Assembly (NCBI GenBank): GCA_036149055.1
Contig: JAYZQJ010000034.1
Span: forward strand, 1-16,991
Direction: 5' to 3'
Length of the DNA: 16,991 nt
DNA from: Myxococcota bacterium
GTDB taxonomy: Bacteria; Myxococcota_A; Polyangia; Polyangiales; Sandaracinaceae
Shown here piece by piece: positions 7,047 through 15,842 of the stretch. Numbering within the stretch: the stretch's first letter is position 1; every line of letters begins with the position of its first letter. The notes beneath the pieces were generated by a model. It did no database searches and was not told where the DNA came from. It worked only from the letters and a program-made list of their open reading frames with translations. A program made the translations under genes and the position numbers.

Positions 7047-8309
7047 TGCGCCGATTCTGCCACCTCGCTCCGTCCAGTCGAGGACGAAGAGGCGCCCGGT
7101 CGAGCCGACCACGAGGGTCAGGCGAACCACCGCGCCGGCTCGCTCCGGGAGCGCACGAAAGGGAGCTGCACCCACGACGATGAGAGGGCGTCCGTCGAGG
7201 CGCTGCTCCCCGTCGAGCTCGGTCTCCACGATGAAGGGCTCGTAGGGCCGCATCTCCGAGATGCGTTCCTCGACCACCACGGGGAGGTGGTCGAGCCTCA
7301 CCGGTCGCGCGTCGCCGCGGAGCTCGGCGGGGTACTGGTTGAAGTGGCCGTGACCCCGCTCCGGATCGCAGCGCCAGATGCCGTCGACGTCGACCAGCCA
7401 CACCCCGTCCGAGAAGGTGCGGCGACTGGTCAGCCAGCCTCCGGCGAAGACTCGGCGCTCGAGCCTGAACTCGACGAGGCCACGGGTTCGGACGCGACGA
7501 CCCGCGAAGCGCTGCGGGTCCTCGGCGAGCTCGAGCACGGTCGGAGAGGTGAAGTCGCGATCGGGGCTGGGGAGCGGGTCCAGGCCATCCCTCTCGACGT
7601 GTGGGTAGGCGTCGACGAAGAGCACGGTCGCGGACACGATGCCTTGCTCGTCTCGAAGCACCCGTGAGGCCCATCGGCAGGCGTCGTGAGGGGAGCCGTC
7701 GGCGAGGAGCGCGCCGAGCCGATCGCCGTAGGCCGCCTCGAGCTGCTGGTGGGCGCGCTTGTGCAGGAGCATGAAGCGGTCGCCGTCCCGGACGTCGCAG
7801 CGGCCCTCGGCCAGGGTTCCGTCGCCCAGCGATGCGCACGCGAGATTGGCGAGCTGGTGGAGGGCTCGGCTGGGCGGCGCCGGGCTGTTCTGGGCGGCCC
7901 AACGCACGTCGTGATCGACGGTGAGCTGCTCGAGCCGCTTATCGCGGATGCGCACCACGCGCTGCAGCCCGACCCAACGGAAGCGGGCGGTGTCCGAGTC
8001 CACCGTGAGCTCCGCGCAGGTCGCGAGCATCTGCACGACACCCGACTCCCCGGTCGGGACCCGGGAGCCCTCTTCGAAGGGCTCGCGTGGATCTCCGCCC
8101 CGCGCCCAGGCATCTACGAGCTGCGCGTGTGCTGGGGAGCCCGGCGTGGAGGCCAGGACCAGCCAGCGGTTCGGTGCGGCCGGCGTCACCGTCGTCGAGG
8201 TGCGATCGGACCACACGCAGTCGTCGGTGGCCGCCCACCGGTTCTGGCCCACCGAGAAGGCGATGGCGGGGGGCTCGAGGTCGCGACCAGGACCGCTGGA
8301 GATGCTCAC
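7044..8309 (-). CDS. PP2C/PPM-fold pseudophosphatase with a C-terminal OB-fold-like domain (about 421 aa; alternative start TTG 8345)
   Basis: ARFRWVGLQRVVRIRDKRLEQLTVDH, DVRDGDRFMLLHKR and IVSATVLFVD follow the PP2C motif order, but the catalytic Asp residues are replaced. The C-terminal part reads LAEDPQRFAGRRVRTRG...VDVDGIW...GHGHFNQY. Confidence 0.7.
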   Translation of the reverse strand: MSISSGPGRDLEPPAIAFSVGQNRWAATDDCVWSDRTSTTVTPAAPNRWLVLASTPGSPAHAQLVDAWARGGDPREPFEEGSRVPTGESGVVQMLATCAELTVDSDTARFRWVGLQRVVRIRDKRLEQLTVDHDVRWAAQNSPAPPSRALHQLANLACASLGDGTLAEGRCDVRDGDRFMLLHKRAHQQLEAAYGDRLGALLADGSPHDACRWASRVLRDEQGIVSATVLFVDAYPHVERDGLDPLPSPDRDFTSPTVLELAEDPQRFAGRRVRTRGLVEFRLERRVFAGGWLTSRRTFSDGVWLVDVDGIWRCDPERGHGHFNQYPAELRGDARPVRLDHLPVVVEERISEMRPYEPFIVETELDGEQRLDGRPLIVVGAAPFRALPERAGAVVRLTLVVGSTGRLFVLDWTERGGRIGA

Positions 8310-8393
8310 GGCCCGATACTGCGGAACGAGCGCGCCGGTGAGCAACCGCGTTCGCCAGGACCCGCCGCGGCGGACGACGCGCAGCGCCGAGCC

Positions 8394-8954
8394 TCAATCT
8401 CCGCCGGACGCCGCACCGGCGCGGACGCGTCGACTACGGAGAAGGACGCGGCCGTAGAAGGCGAGGCAGAGGAGCCCCAGGAGGACGAACACGACGCCGA
8501 TCGCGATCAAGCCGCCCGAGTTTCCGGGACCGTGGCCCACCCAGAGGACGCGCGTAGAGTCGTCGACGACCTCCGCCAGCGGGGAGCGGGCCCCGACGGG
8601 CGAGATGACACCCTCCACGCCTCTCTCGCGGGAGTCCTCGACGGCGGCCAGCAGCAGCGGGGAGGTCCCGCGCGGAACGAGGGGCACGTAGACGTACGGC
8701 CCGTCGACGTGGACGGCGGACTCGGGGCGCCACGTGGCGTCCGTGACGACGACCCATTGATCGTCCGGGCATTCGGCGGCGGCGCACGGGGTGGGGCGGT
8801 CCGGCATCGAACCCAGGTCTCGTGCGGCGTCGGCGGCCATCACGACTCCACCGACGACGAGCGCGGCGCCGACCGCCAGACCCAGCCACGAGAACCACGG
8901 GTTCCGTTCGGCCAAAGCGCGCGCGTCGAGGGGGTCGGGACCAGGCTCGCTCAT
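8394..8954 (-). CDS. Hypothetical two-TM membrane protein (186 aa)
   Basis: TM1 WFSWLGLAVGAALVVGGVVMAA and TM2 LIAIGVVFVLLGLLCLAFYG, followed by a basic tail; AGGAG SD. Confidence 0.8.
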   Translation of the reverse strand: MSEPGPDPLDARALAERNPWFSWLGLAVGAALVVGGVVMAADAARDLGSMPDRPTPCAAAECPDDQWVVVTDATWRPESAVHVDGPYVYVPLVPRGTSPLLLAAVEDSRERGVEGVISPVGARSPLAEVVDDSTRVLWVGHGPGNSGGLIAIGVVFVLLGLLCLAFYGRVLLRSRRVRAGAASGGD

Positions 8955-9077
8955 GGCGCTCTCCTAGCAGATGCCGCGTTCGAGGGGCGAGCGGACACCA
9001 CACTTGAACCAGGTACGCGCGCGCCGTTCCCCGAAGGTGCGCGGAGCCGGCATGCTCCCCGCTCGAAGGAGATCCCG

Positions 9078-10535
9078 ATGAACCAGGCAGAGCTCGCCAA
9101 ACACCTCGCGTCCGACCGCTACCCCGAAGCCGAATGCGCGAAGCGGATCAAGGCGAACGAGGCCATGCCGGCGGCGGAGTACCTCCGGGCCACGGCGCCC
9201 GACGCCGCGCGCGAGCTCGCCATCGAGCTGCTCGAACGCGGCGCCTTCGAGACCCAGCGTCGGGTGCTGTCCCGGCAGGGCAGCGGCTTGCTGGCGGTAC
9301 CTTTCGGCACCTACAGCGCGCTCCTCGAGGCCGGCGGCGACAAGAAGCTCGCGCGCCCGCTGGTCGAGTGGTTGGAGCTCGGGCGTGACGAGCATCTCGA
9401 CGCGCTGCGTGCCCACTTCAGCGGGACGGACCTTCGCAAGCGTGGGCGCGCGCTGCCGCTGAATCCCGCGTTCACCCCCCGCGTGTGGGCGCTCATCGAG
9501 CCGAGCCTCGGGGACACGCTCGCGGCGCAGGCCGTGGAGATTCTCCAGCGCGGCGACTGGACGTTCGTCACGACGGCCGCGTTCCACCTCGCCCGGACGA
9601 ACGGCATCGAGCTCTCGAGCCTGGGGGCCAACTTCCGGCAAGGGGGACGCTCGGACGTGCTGCCTCACGCCATCAAGCCGATGCTCGAGCTGATCTGGAG
9701 GAACCACGAAGACGACCTCTTCGAGCTCCTCGCGGGGCTCCCGAAGCGCGCCGGCATGATCGCCTGGCAGGCGCCGTGGATGCTCGACTTCCTCGAGCCC
9801 GAAACGAAGATGGTCGAGTCCGGCGACGAACGCACCGTGGTGTTCCGCGCGCAGCGCGTGGTGGGGGCCGCGTCCGGCAAGTTCGCCAAGGAGGGCCGGC
9901 TCTCGCTCAAGGTCCACAAGACCGAGGCCGCGGCGAAGAAGGACTTCGAGAAGAAGCTCGTCGCGGCGGAGGCCAAGCTCGGCGCTCGCTCCGACTGGGA
10001 TGGGCTGGCCGCGGTCGCCGTGCGGAGAGCGTTCGCGGTCGATCCCGTCGAGGGCCTGCTCGCCGCGGCCAGCCAGTCGCGGCTCGACGACCTGGAGGGG
10101 CTGCTCGCGCGGGGCGCCGACCCGAACGGCGCCGTGACGGAGGCGCGCGGTCACACTCGAACTGCGCTGGCGAGCGCGGGCGCGCCCGGAGTCGTGCAGC
10201 GTCTCCTCGAGGCGGGAGCCGACGCCGGGCTCGAGGACGCGCTGTTCACCCAGATGAGCCGAGGCGACAGCTGCGCGGACTGGCCGTACCTGCTGCAGGA
10301 GAGCTGCATCCAGCTCGTGCGCGCGGGAGCGGACCTCAGCGCGACGCGGAACGGGCGGACGGCGCTGCACGTGGCTGCGTCGTTCGGCTGGCTCGACCTC
10401 ATCGATGCCCTCCTCGAGGCGGGCGCCGACCCGAGCACCAAGACCGGCCCCGAGGCGAAGGTGCCCGGGCAGACTGCCCTGGAGATCGCCGAGGCCGAGG
10501 GGCGGCATCTCGCGGCGCTGCGTCTGCGATCCTGA
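9078..10535 (+). CDS. Ankyrin-repeat protein with a central degenerate WGR-like domain (485 aa)
   Basis: AAGGAG SD before ATG 9078; ankyrin motifs LLARGADPN, GRTALHVAASFGWLDLIDALLEAGADPS and GQTALEIA; SGKFAKEGRLSLKVHKTEAAAKKDFEKKL (about 9801-9983) resembles WGR. The track ORF from 7686 is antisense overlap. Confidence 0.85.
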   Translation: MNQAELAKHLASDRYPEAECAKRIKANEAMPAAEYLRATAPDAARELAIELLERGAFETQRRVLSRQGSGLLAVPFGTYSALLEAGGDKKLARPLVEWLELGRDEHLDALRAHFSGTDLRKRGRALPLNPAFTPRVWALIEPSLGDTLAAQAVEILQRGDWTFVTTAAFHLARTNGIELSSLGANFRQGGRSDVLPHAIKPMLELIWRNHEDDLFELLAGLPKRAGMIAWQAPWMLDFLEPETKMVESGDERTVVFRAQRVVGAASGKFAKEGRLSLKVHKTEAAAKKDFEKKLVAAEAKLGARSDWDGLAAVAVRRAFAVDPVEGLLAAASQSRLDDLEGLLARGADPNGAVTEARGHTRTALASAGAPGVVQRLLEAGADAGLEDALFTQMSRGDSCADWPYLLQESCIQLVRAGADLSATRNGRTALHVAASFGWLDLIDALLEAGADPSTKTGPEAKVPGQTALEIAEAEGRHLAALRLRS

Positions 10536-10906
10536 TCGTTGCGATCGGTCACTCTGCGCCGCGCGAGTCGGTCGGGCGGAGATGCCGTTCGGACGAGTGC
10601 GGAAGTAGCCCGACTCGCACGCATGCACCGCCTTGTCGGCGAGACTGTCGACCCAGCCCAGCACGGACACGAAGTGGGGATCGCTTCGGTCGGGAAATCC
10701 TCGAGCTGGATGAGGACCGGCTCGTCGATTCCCCCTCGGCGGGAACGAAGTGAGAGGCGGCGGCGAGCTCACTCAGGATCGCGAAGGCACCTTCGGGCAG
10801 CGGCGCGCGCGCTGCGACGGCTGCAGGACGAGAACTCTGGTTCGCACTCGCGTGAACCAGCTCTGTCAGCTGAGCCCCACCCGCCGTCGAACCACGACGC
10901 TGCCAG

Positions 10907-10922
10907 CGGCACACTCCCTGCA
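10907..10922 (+). promoter_or_regulatory. Candidate sigma-54 promoter
   Basis: CGGCACACTCCCTGCA is GG-N10-GC with a GGCAC -24 box, ending 13 nt before ATG 10936; no SD. Confidence 0.4.
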
Positions 10923-10935
10923 CAGCGCGGCAACC

Positions 10936-11580
10936 ATGTCTCTCACCGAGCTCCAGTCGCTGCTGTGCCTCGTCCCCGCGCTCGTGATGGCGACCGCGTG
11001 CGGAGGGGCCAGAGACGGCGAACGCCCCGTGGCGCCGGTGCCTGACCGCTCGCCCCCGGCGGAGGTCACGAGCGCGGTTCCGAGCGTCGAGGTCGACTCG
11101 TCGGCGGCTCTGCCCGAGATGATCGCGGCGATCGCAGCCGCGGACTGGGGCGGCGCCGTCGATGGAGACGACTGCGCGTTCCTGTGGGGAGTCATCGAGG
11201 TCGGTCCCGGGCTCGCACCGTTACGCGTCGCTGCGGAGGGTGGTGGACCCGCCATCTCCGGGTTCATCGCGTGTGACGACGAGGCGATCGAGAGCGCGCT
11301 TCCACAGCCGTCCGGCGTGATCATGGCCTGGCGAGGAGACGACCTGGTGATGGCCCACGCTTCGGACGTCGGAGACGGCGTCGACTTCGATGCCGCCTAT
11401 CGAGAGGCCGCGACGGCCGACCCGAGGGTCCGCGCCTCGTATGTCGTGGTCGCCATCTCCGGGGCCGAGTCCACGTCGGCCGCCACGGCGCTCGAGGGCT
11501 TCGCTCAGATCACCCAGGTCTTCGGCGCCGCGATGCTGGGCGTGGGGCCGCGCGCCAGCCCCCACGACGGCGACCCCTAG
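10936..11580 (+). CDS. Hypothetical lipoprotein (214 aa)
   Basis: LLCLVPALVMATAC lipobox-like signal, Pro-rich linker, acidic globular domain. Confidence 0.7.
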   Translation: MSLTELQSLLCLVPALVMATACGGARDGERPVAPVPDRSPPAEVTSAVPSVEVDSSAALPEMIAAIAAADWGGAVDGDDCAFLWGVIEVGPGLAPLRVAAEGGGPAISGFIACDDEAIESALPQPSGVIMAWRGDDLVMAHASDVGDGVDFDAAYREAATADPRVRASYVVVAISGAESTSAATALEGFAQITQVFGAAMLGVGPRASPHDGDP

Positions 11581-11614
11581 ACCTGTCTGTCCGACCGCGC
11601 CGGGCGCAGAGCGT

Positions 11615-12328
11615 CTACTCGTCGGACGAGCCCGCCACGGGCTCCGGTCGCGCCAACAGCGCGCGGAGGCGCCGCAGGGTGTGCTCGCCGCTCCGCGGTA
11701 CGCCGCGGTGGGTTTCCACGGCGGGGACGACGTGCTCCAGCGCTCGAGACGCGATGTCCTCGGGCACATCGCGCCGGGCGCTCCAAGCCCGCAGCGCCTC
11801 GAGGCCGCCTCCCAGCTGCGCCGGTTGGCTCGAGATGATGGCGGCGCTGCTCGCCGAGATCGGGTCACCGTCGCTCGCCAACGCAGTCAGCGCCTCCGCG
11901 CCGTCAGGAGACCAGGGGTGCTCGGCCACCGCTCGGAACGACGCCAGGACGAGAGGTGGCGCAGCTTCGTAGGCGGGAGGTGGGGGAGCGACCAGTAGGC
12001 TCAGCAAGGCGGCCTCCAGCTCGGCGTGGCGCTTCGGTTCGACGGGGCTCAGCGCCTCGAGCGCCCGCGTCCAGACGTTGTACCGAGGGTCGCGGAGCGC
12101 GAGCGCGAGCGCGGGGAAGAACACCTCGCGCCGAGCCGCGAGCGCGTCCCGGACGTCTCTCCCCGCTCGCCAGTCGGGGGTGTCGAGGGCCTCGATCTGG
12201 ATCACCGCGTCGTCCGCCCATGGGTCGTCGCACTCGACCCGCCAGCGCGCGAACGGGACGTCCGTCGTCCGCTCTCTCCAGGCGGCCTCCCACTCCTCGA
12301 GGACATCGTCGACCGTGCGCACTCTCAT
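11615..12328 (-). CDS. Hypothetical alpha-helical (HEAT-like) protein (237 aa)
   Basis: ATG 12328 is preceded by TACTCT-N6; PALALALRDPRYNVWTRALEAL and ALTALASDGDPISASSAA are HEAT-like segments. Confidence 0.7.
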   Translation of the reverse strand: MRVRTVDDVLEEWEAAWRERTTDVPFARWRVECDDPWADDAVIQIEALDTPDWRAGRDVRDALAARREVFFPALALALRDPRYNVWTRALEALSPVEPKRHAELEAALLSLLVAPPPPAYEAAPPLVLASFRAVAEHPWSPDGAEALTALASDGDPISASSAAIISSQPAQLGGGLEALRAWSARRDVPEDIASRALEHVVPAVETHRGVPRSGEHTLRRLRALLARPEPVAGSSDE

Positions 12329-12414
12329 CGGGCGAGAGTAGCCGTGCGGCGCCCGAGACGCCGTGGGTCTCGCACCTCGTCCTGGACCACGGAGCGCGCG
12401 AAGGCCGCTGAGGT

Positions 12415-13323
12415 TCAGCACCACCCAACGGCGCCGAACGCGGCGATGAGGATGCCTGCGATCACCGCGCCGGCGACCAGTCCGAGCCAGGTGAGGGTCG
12501 GCGCCACCCCCGAGGCGTCTCGGCCGTACCGACGCTCGATGGTCCAGCGAGGCGACGCCCTCGAGCCCGAAGTCCGAGAGCTCGTCTCCCTCCGCCCAGC
12601 AGCGCAGCGCTCGGCTCGGGCCGGCGACGAAGCACAGGTTGTTGAAGCCCCCGGCCACCGAGTGGACGTCGCTGGCGACGGTCCGCGGAGAGGTCCACTC
12701 GTCGGGGCCATCCGGGCGGGGTCGCGCCTCCAGGCAAAGGAGCTCGCTGCTAACCATCAACATGCACAGGCGCCGCCCGCTGGTCGCCAGCTCGACGACG
12801 GCTCGCCGCGGGCTCGGCACGGAGACGGGGGAGGAGCCGAGCGGCGGCGGGGTCCCGGGCGCCGCGGCCCCCCAGCACCACAGCCCGTGCGCGGGGATGA
12901 AGGCGCAGGGGCCGCTCAGGCCGCCCGTGATGAGCGTGGCCGGGCCGGGGAGGTCGACGAGGCCGGGAGCGTGCTCCGGCCCCGGACGCGCCGCGCCCCA
13001 GCCGTACACCGCGCCGGACCGCGTGCGCACCACGCCGCCCACGACGGCGTGGGCCAAGGTCGCCGCGGTTCGGGCAGCCGCAGCTCCGCGCCCTCCACCC
13101 ACCCGTCGGACGGCGGCAGCCCGAGCTGACCGCCCTCGTTGGACCCGGCGACGAAGACCGACCGTCCGTCCGGCGCCAACATCGACCGATCGACTCGCCC
13201 CCAGTGCATCACCCCAGGCCTCGGGGAGGGCGCCGCGGCTCGCGCCTCCGTGCCGGACCGCGCCGCGCCCGCGCACGACGCTGCGATCGTCGCCGCCAAG
13301 CAGCACACCAGCGCGCGAGTCAT
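12415..13323 (-). pseudogene. RCC1/BLIP-II-like repeat lipoprotein, frameshifted and apparently 3'-truncated or fused
   Basis: MTRALVCCLAATIAASC...VFVAGSNEGGQLG in one frame; after about 13067 the frame shifts to GAVYGWG, GLWCWG, VAGGFNNLC...LRCW; near 12545 it shifts back into a TM tail (LTWLGLVAGAVIAGILIAAFGAVGWC*). Confidence 0.7.
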
Positions 13324-13501
13324 CCGTGACCTTCCGGCATCTTCCTGCGACGAGGCTCGATCTCTGGCTCGCTCGGCGTGGTCTCGGGTCCTGCGCCGGG
13401 CGCCGTTCCGGGTGAACGTCCTTCCAGAGTAGGTACGAGGCGGGTCCGGATCCTCCGGCGCGATTCGACCCGAGCGTCGAAAGGGTGTAGTCAGGCTTGC
13501 G

Positions 13502-13984
13502 ATGGGCATGGTGCACGTGCTCCCGGACTTGCAGACCGGCTCGCGCGCATGGGGGCGGGGGCGCGACCGCCGTGGGCTCGAGTCCGCCGCGGTCATCCTC
13601 GTGGCACTCAGCGCTCTCTGCATGTCGGGGTGCTACCGCAGCCACGGATCGGACGTCGACGGCCCTGACCCTTCGCGGCTCGAGGTCGATCTCTCGGAGA
13701 CAGAGTACCGGGAGCTCTGCGAGGAGTTCGCGGGTCGGATGGGGTGGCCCGACGCGAGCTTGTACGAGTGCCTCGACGGAGGTGCGGTCGGGCGCATCGA
13801 TACACCGACCGTCTGCTTGCGCCGTCGCCATGACCCTGCTCGGATTCCCGAGTGCACCCTCCGAGTACGGGACTGGCTCGATTGCGCCGAGCACTATCGA
13901 GCGAACGGAATGTGCGACCTGGCAGAGGTCTGTCGACGGCCGCGCGAATGCATGGCTGGCGGCTGGCAATACCTGCGGCCCTGA
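13502..13984 (+). CDS. Cys-rich lipoprotein (start uncertain)
   Basis: AVILVALSALCMSGC lipobox followed by YRSH; 8 further Cys. Confidence 0.7.
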   Translation: MGMVHVLPDLQTGSRAWGRGRDRRGLESAAVILVALSALCMSGCYRSHGSDVDGPDPSRLEVDLSETEYRELCEEFAGRMGWPDASLYECLDGGAVGRIDTPTVCLRRRHDPARIPECTLRVRDWLDCAEHYRANGMCDLAEVCRRPRECMAGGWQYLRP

Positions 13985-14313
13985 TCGCGCTGCTCGCGGC
14001 CTGCGACGGAGCGGAGTCGACGCCGGATGCGGGTGCAGCCCCCGAGTGGGAGCCCGACTGCGTCGAGGTCGGGCCGCCGGGGGAGACCACGTTCCGGGCG
14101 GTTTGCCGGGACGACGACGTCATCGCGGCGTTCTGCGAGGTGGACGGCGGAATCGTGATCTGCCCGGCGTCTCCGATGGAGTCGGGCGTCGACGTCGCGC
14201 CTCCCCGCTGTGAGCGGACGGCGACGGTCGTCTGCAACGAAGGCTCGCCCTCGGGGCCTCGACTCGAGGAGCCGATGTGTCTGGACGACAGCCCGCCGTC
14301 CTGTGCGTTGTGA
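13948..14313 (+). CDS. Cys-rich lipoprotein (121 aa)
   Basis: MHGWRLAIPAALIALLAAC is a canonical lipobox; PDAG linker; 8 further Cys; overlaps the upstream gene by 37 nt. Confidence 0.75.
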   Translation: MHGWRLAIPAALIALLAACDGAESTPDAGAAPEWEPDCVEVGPPGETTFRAVCRDDDVIAAFCEVDGGIVICPASPMESGVDVAPPRCERTATVVCNEGSPSGPRLEEPMCLDDSPPSCAL

Positions 14314-14420
14314 TCGCATCGCGCGTTCGCCGGCGCCGGTCGATGGCCTGGCCCACGTGGGATTGATCGTTGCCCCAGGTCCGGGCCGGTCGCCGTAGCA
14401 TCCAGGGCCGCGCCTCCGGT

Positions 14421-15842
14421 TCAGGGAGGGGCGAAGCGCATGCGGAGCCTGACCTCGGCGTCGGGCGACGTGGAGCGGAGCGTGATCGAGAACGGGCGTT
14501 CCGCGTCGACCGTTCCCAGCGCCTGACCGGAGCGGGGCGCGGTGACCAGGCAGTCCGCGCTGGCCTCGCACCCGTCGCAGACGATCAGGTCGTCGACCTG
14601 CGAGATGGAGTCGACCACGACGTCGCGGTCGAGCGCGGTTCGGAACAGGAGGGTCGCTTCGCGGACCCGGGCGCCCGAGGCGAGCTCCACCTCGCGCCAG
14701 AGCGCCGTCCGCCCGGCGTAGTCGACCTCCTCCACGGCCTCCGCCACCTCGACCAGCGGGCTGTCGCAGTGCAGCTCCGCCGACGGGCCGAGGTACGCGA
14801 GCGACCAGGCCAGCTCCACCGGCTCGCGGCTCTCGGTGGGGCGGCTCAGCGCGACGATCGTCCGCTCCGCCGGGAGGTCGAGGAGTCGCACTCGGACCGG
14901 GGCGAGCGGGTTCGTCGCCCGCGTCGCCACCCGATGCAGCTCGGTCGACCGGCACGGCGAGACCGCGCCGAAGACGTCATCCCGATCCACCTCGAAGCGG
15001 TAGACGCCCGCGCGCGTCAGCTCGAAGGTCGCCCGAACCAGCCCGTCCAGGTGGGCGGTGTGGCTCCAGGCGCACGCGGCCACCGTCTCGCGCCGGCGCA
15101 CTTCCCCTCCGTCCATCACCTCCCCCGGCGCCTCGCACCAGCGCCAGCTGTCTCCCTGGGGCAGGGCCATGAGCGCGTCCGGGTCGCTCGCGCGGAAGTC
15201 GGCGAGCAGCTCCGGCCACGGCACGCCGAAGGCCTGCCCGAGTCGCGCCGCGGTGGTCGGGAAGTCGGCCATCTCGGGCGTCGTGCGCATCGCGTGGAGC
15301 ACCCGCTCCGGACCGAAGCGGCCGAGGAGATAGCGCACGAAGATCGCGGCATGCGTGTAGAGCTCCGACTCGCGCGCGCGGTTGGTGCGGAACGTCGCGT
15401 CGTCGAGCCCGAGGGACAGCGGCGCGGCCATCGCCTCGAGGACGTCGCTCCTGTCGAGGCTCCGGGCGCTCATGGCCTCGGCGAGCCCCTCCGCGAGGAG
15501 GCTCGGCCCGGAGGTGGGCGCGACCAGGTGCACCAGCTCGTGGTGATGCACCCACTGCCTCGACATCGTGCGGCCACCCACCACGCAGCCGCCGCGCCCG
15601 CCGCATTGCCCGAAGTCGACGTGCGCCATGTAGTAGTAGTCGTGGGTGCCGAGCTCGACGCCGAGGTAGTCGGCGGCCCGGCGCATGAACGCGTCCGCGT
15701 CCTCGACGCTGCCGGGGCAGAGGGGCAACGCGGCCGGGTCCTCGAAGACCCGGAGGTGCGCTCCCTCCACGAGTCGGGATCCCTCCGCGGGGCCCAGGCA
15801 CCCGACGAGCAGCAGCGCGGCGCAGGGTGCGAGCCGGGTCAC
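14421..15842 (-). CDS. Lipoprotein with an HEXXH...E (gluzincin-like) zinc metallopeptidase domain and C-terminal beta-rich domains (473 aa)
   Basis: ALLLVGC lipobox; HELVH (15542-15528)-X12-EGLAEA; Y..A..FV.YL...FG helix typical of clan MA-like peptidases; the GTG overlaps the upstream TGA (GTGA). Confidence 0.8.
   Translation of the reverse strand: MTRLAPCAALLLVGCLGPAEGSRLVEGAHLRVFEDPAALPLCPGSVEDADAFMRRAADYLGVELGTHDYYYMAHVDFGQCGGRGGCVVGGRTMSRQWVHHHELVHLVAPTSGPSLLAEGLAEAMSARSLDRSDVLEAMAAPLSLGLDDATFRTNRARESELYTHAAIFVRYLLGRFGPERVLHAMRTTPEMADFPTTAARLGQAFGVPWPELLADFRASDPDALMALPQGDSWRWCEAPGEVMDGGEVRRRETVAACAWSHTAHLDGLVRATFELTRAGVYRFEVDRDDVFGAVSPCRSTELHRVATRATNPLAPVRVRLLDLPAERTIVALSRPTESREPVELAWSLAYLGPSAELHCDSPLVEVAEAVEEVDYAGRTALWREVELASGARVREATLLFRTALDRDVVVDSISQVDDLIVCDGCEASADCLVTAPRSGQALGTVDAERPFSITLRSTSPDAEVRLRMRFAPP

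Noticed and set aside
7044..8954. Membrane protein and pseudophosphatase are in frame, separated by a single TGA (possible read-through receptor)
   Set aside because: A shared frame has a one-in-three chance; the spacer does not look conserved-coding, and the downstream gene has its own plausible start at 8309.
7686..10535. 949-aa ankyrin protein
   Set aside because: The 5' half is antisense to two real minus-strand genes; a strong SD supports ATG 9078.
11615..13969. 784-aa RCC1-HEAT fusion
   Set aside because: It is a composite of an antisense stretch, the shifted RCC1 frame and a separate gene starting at 12328.
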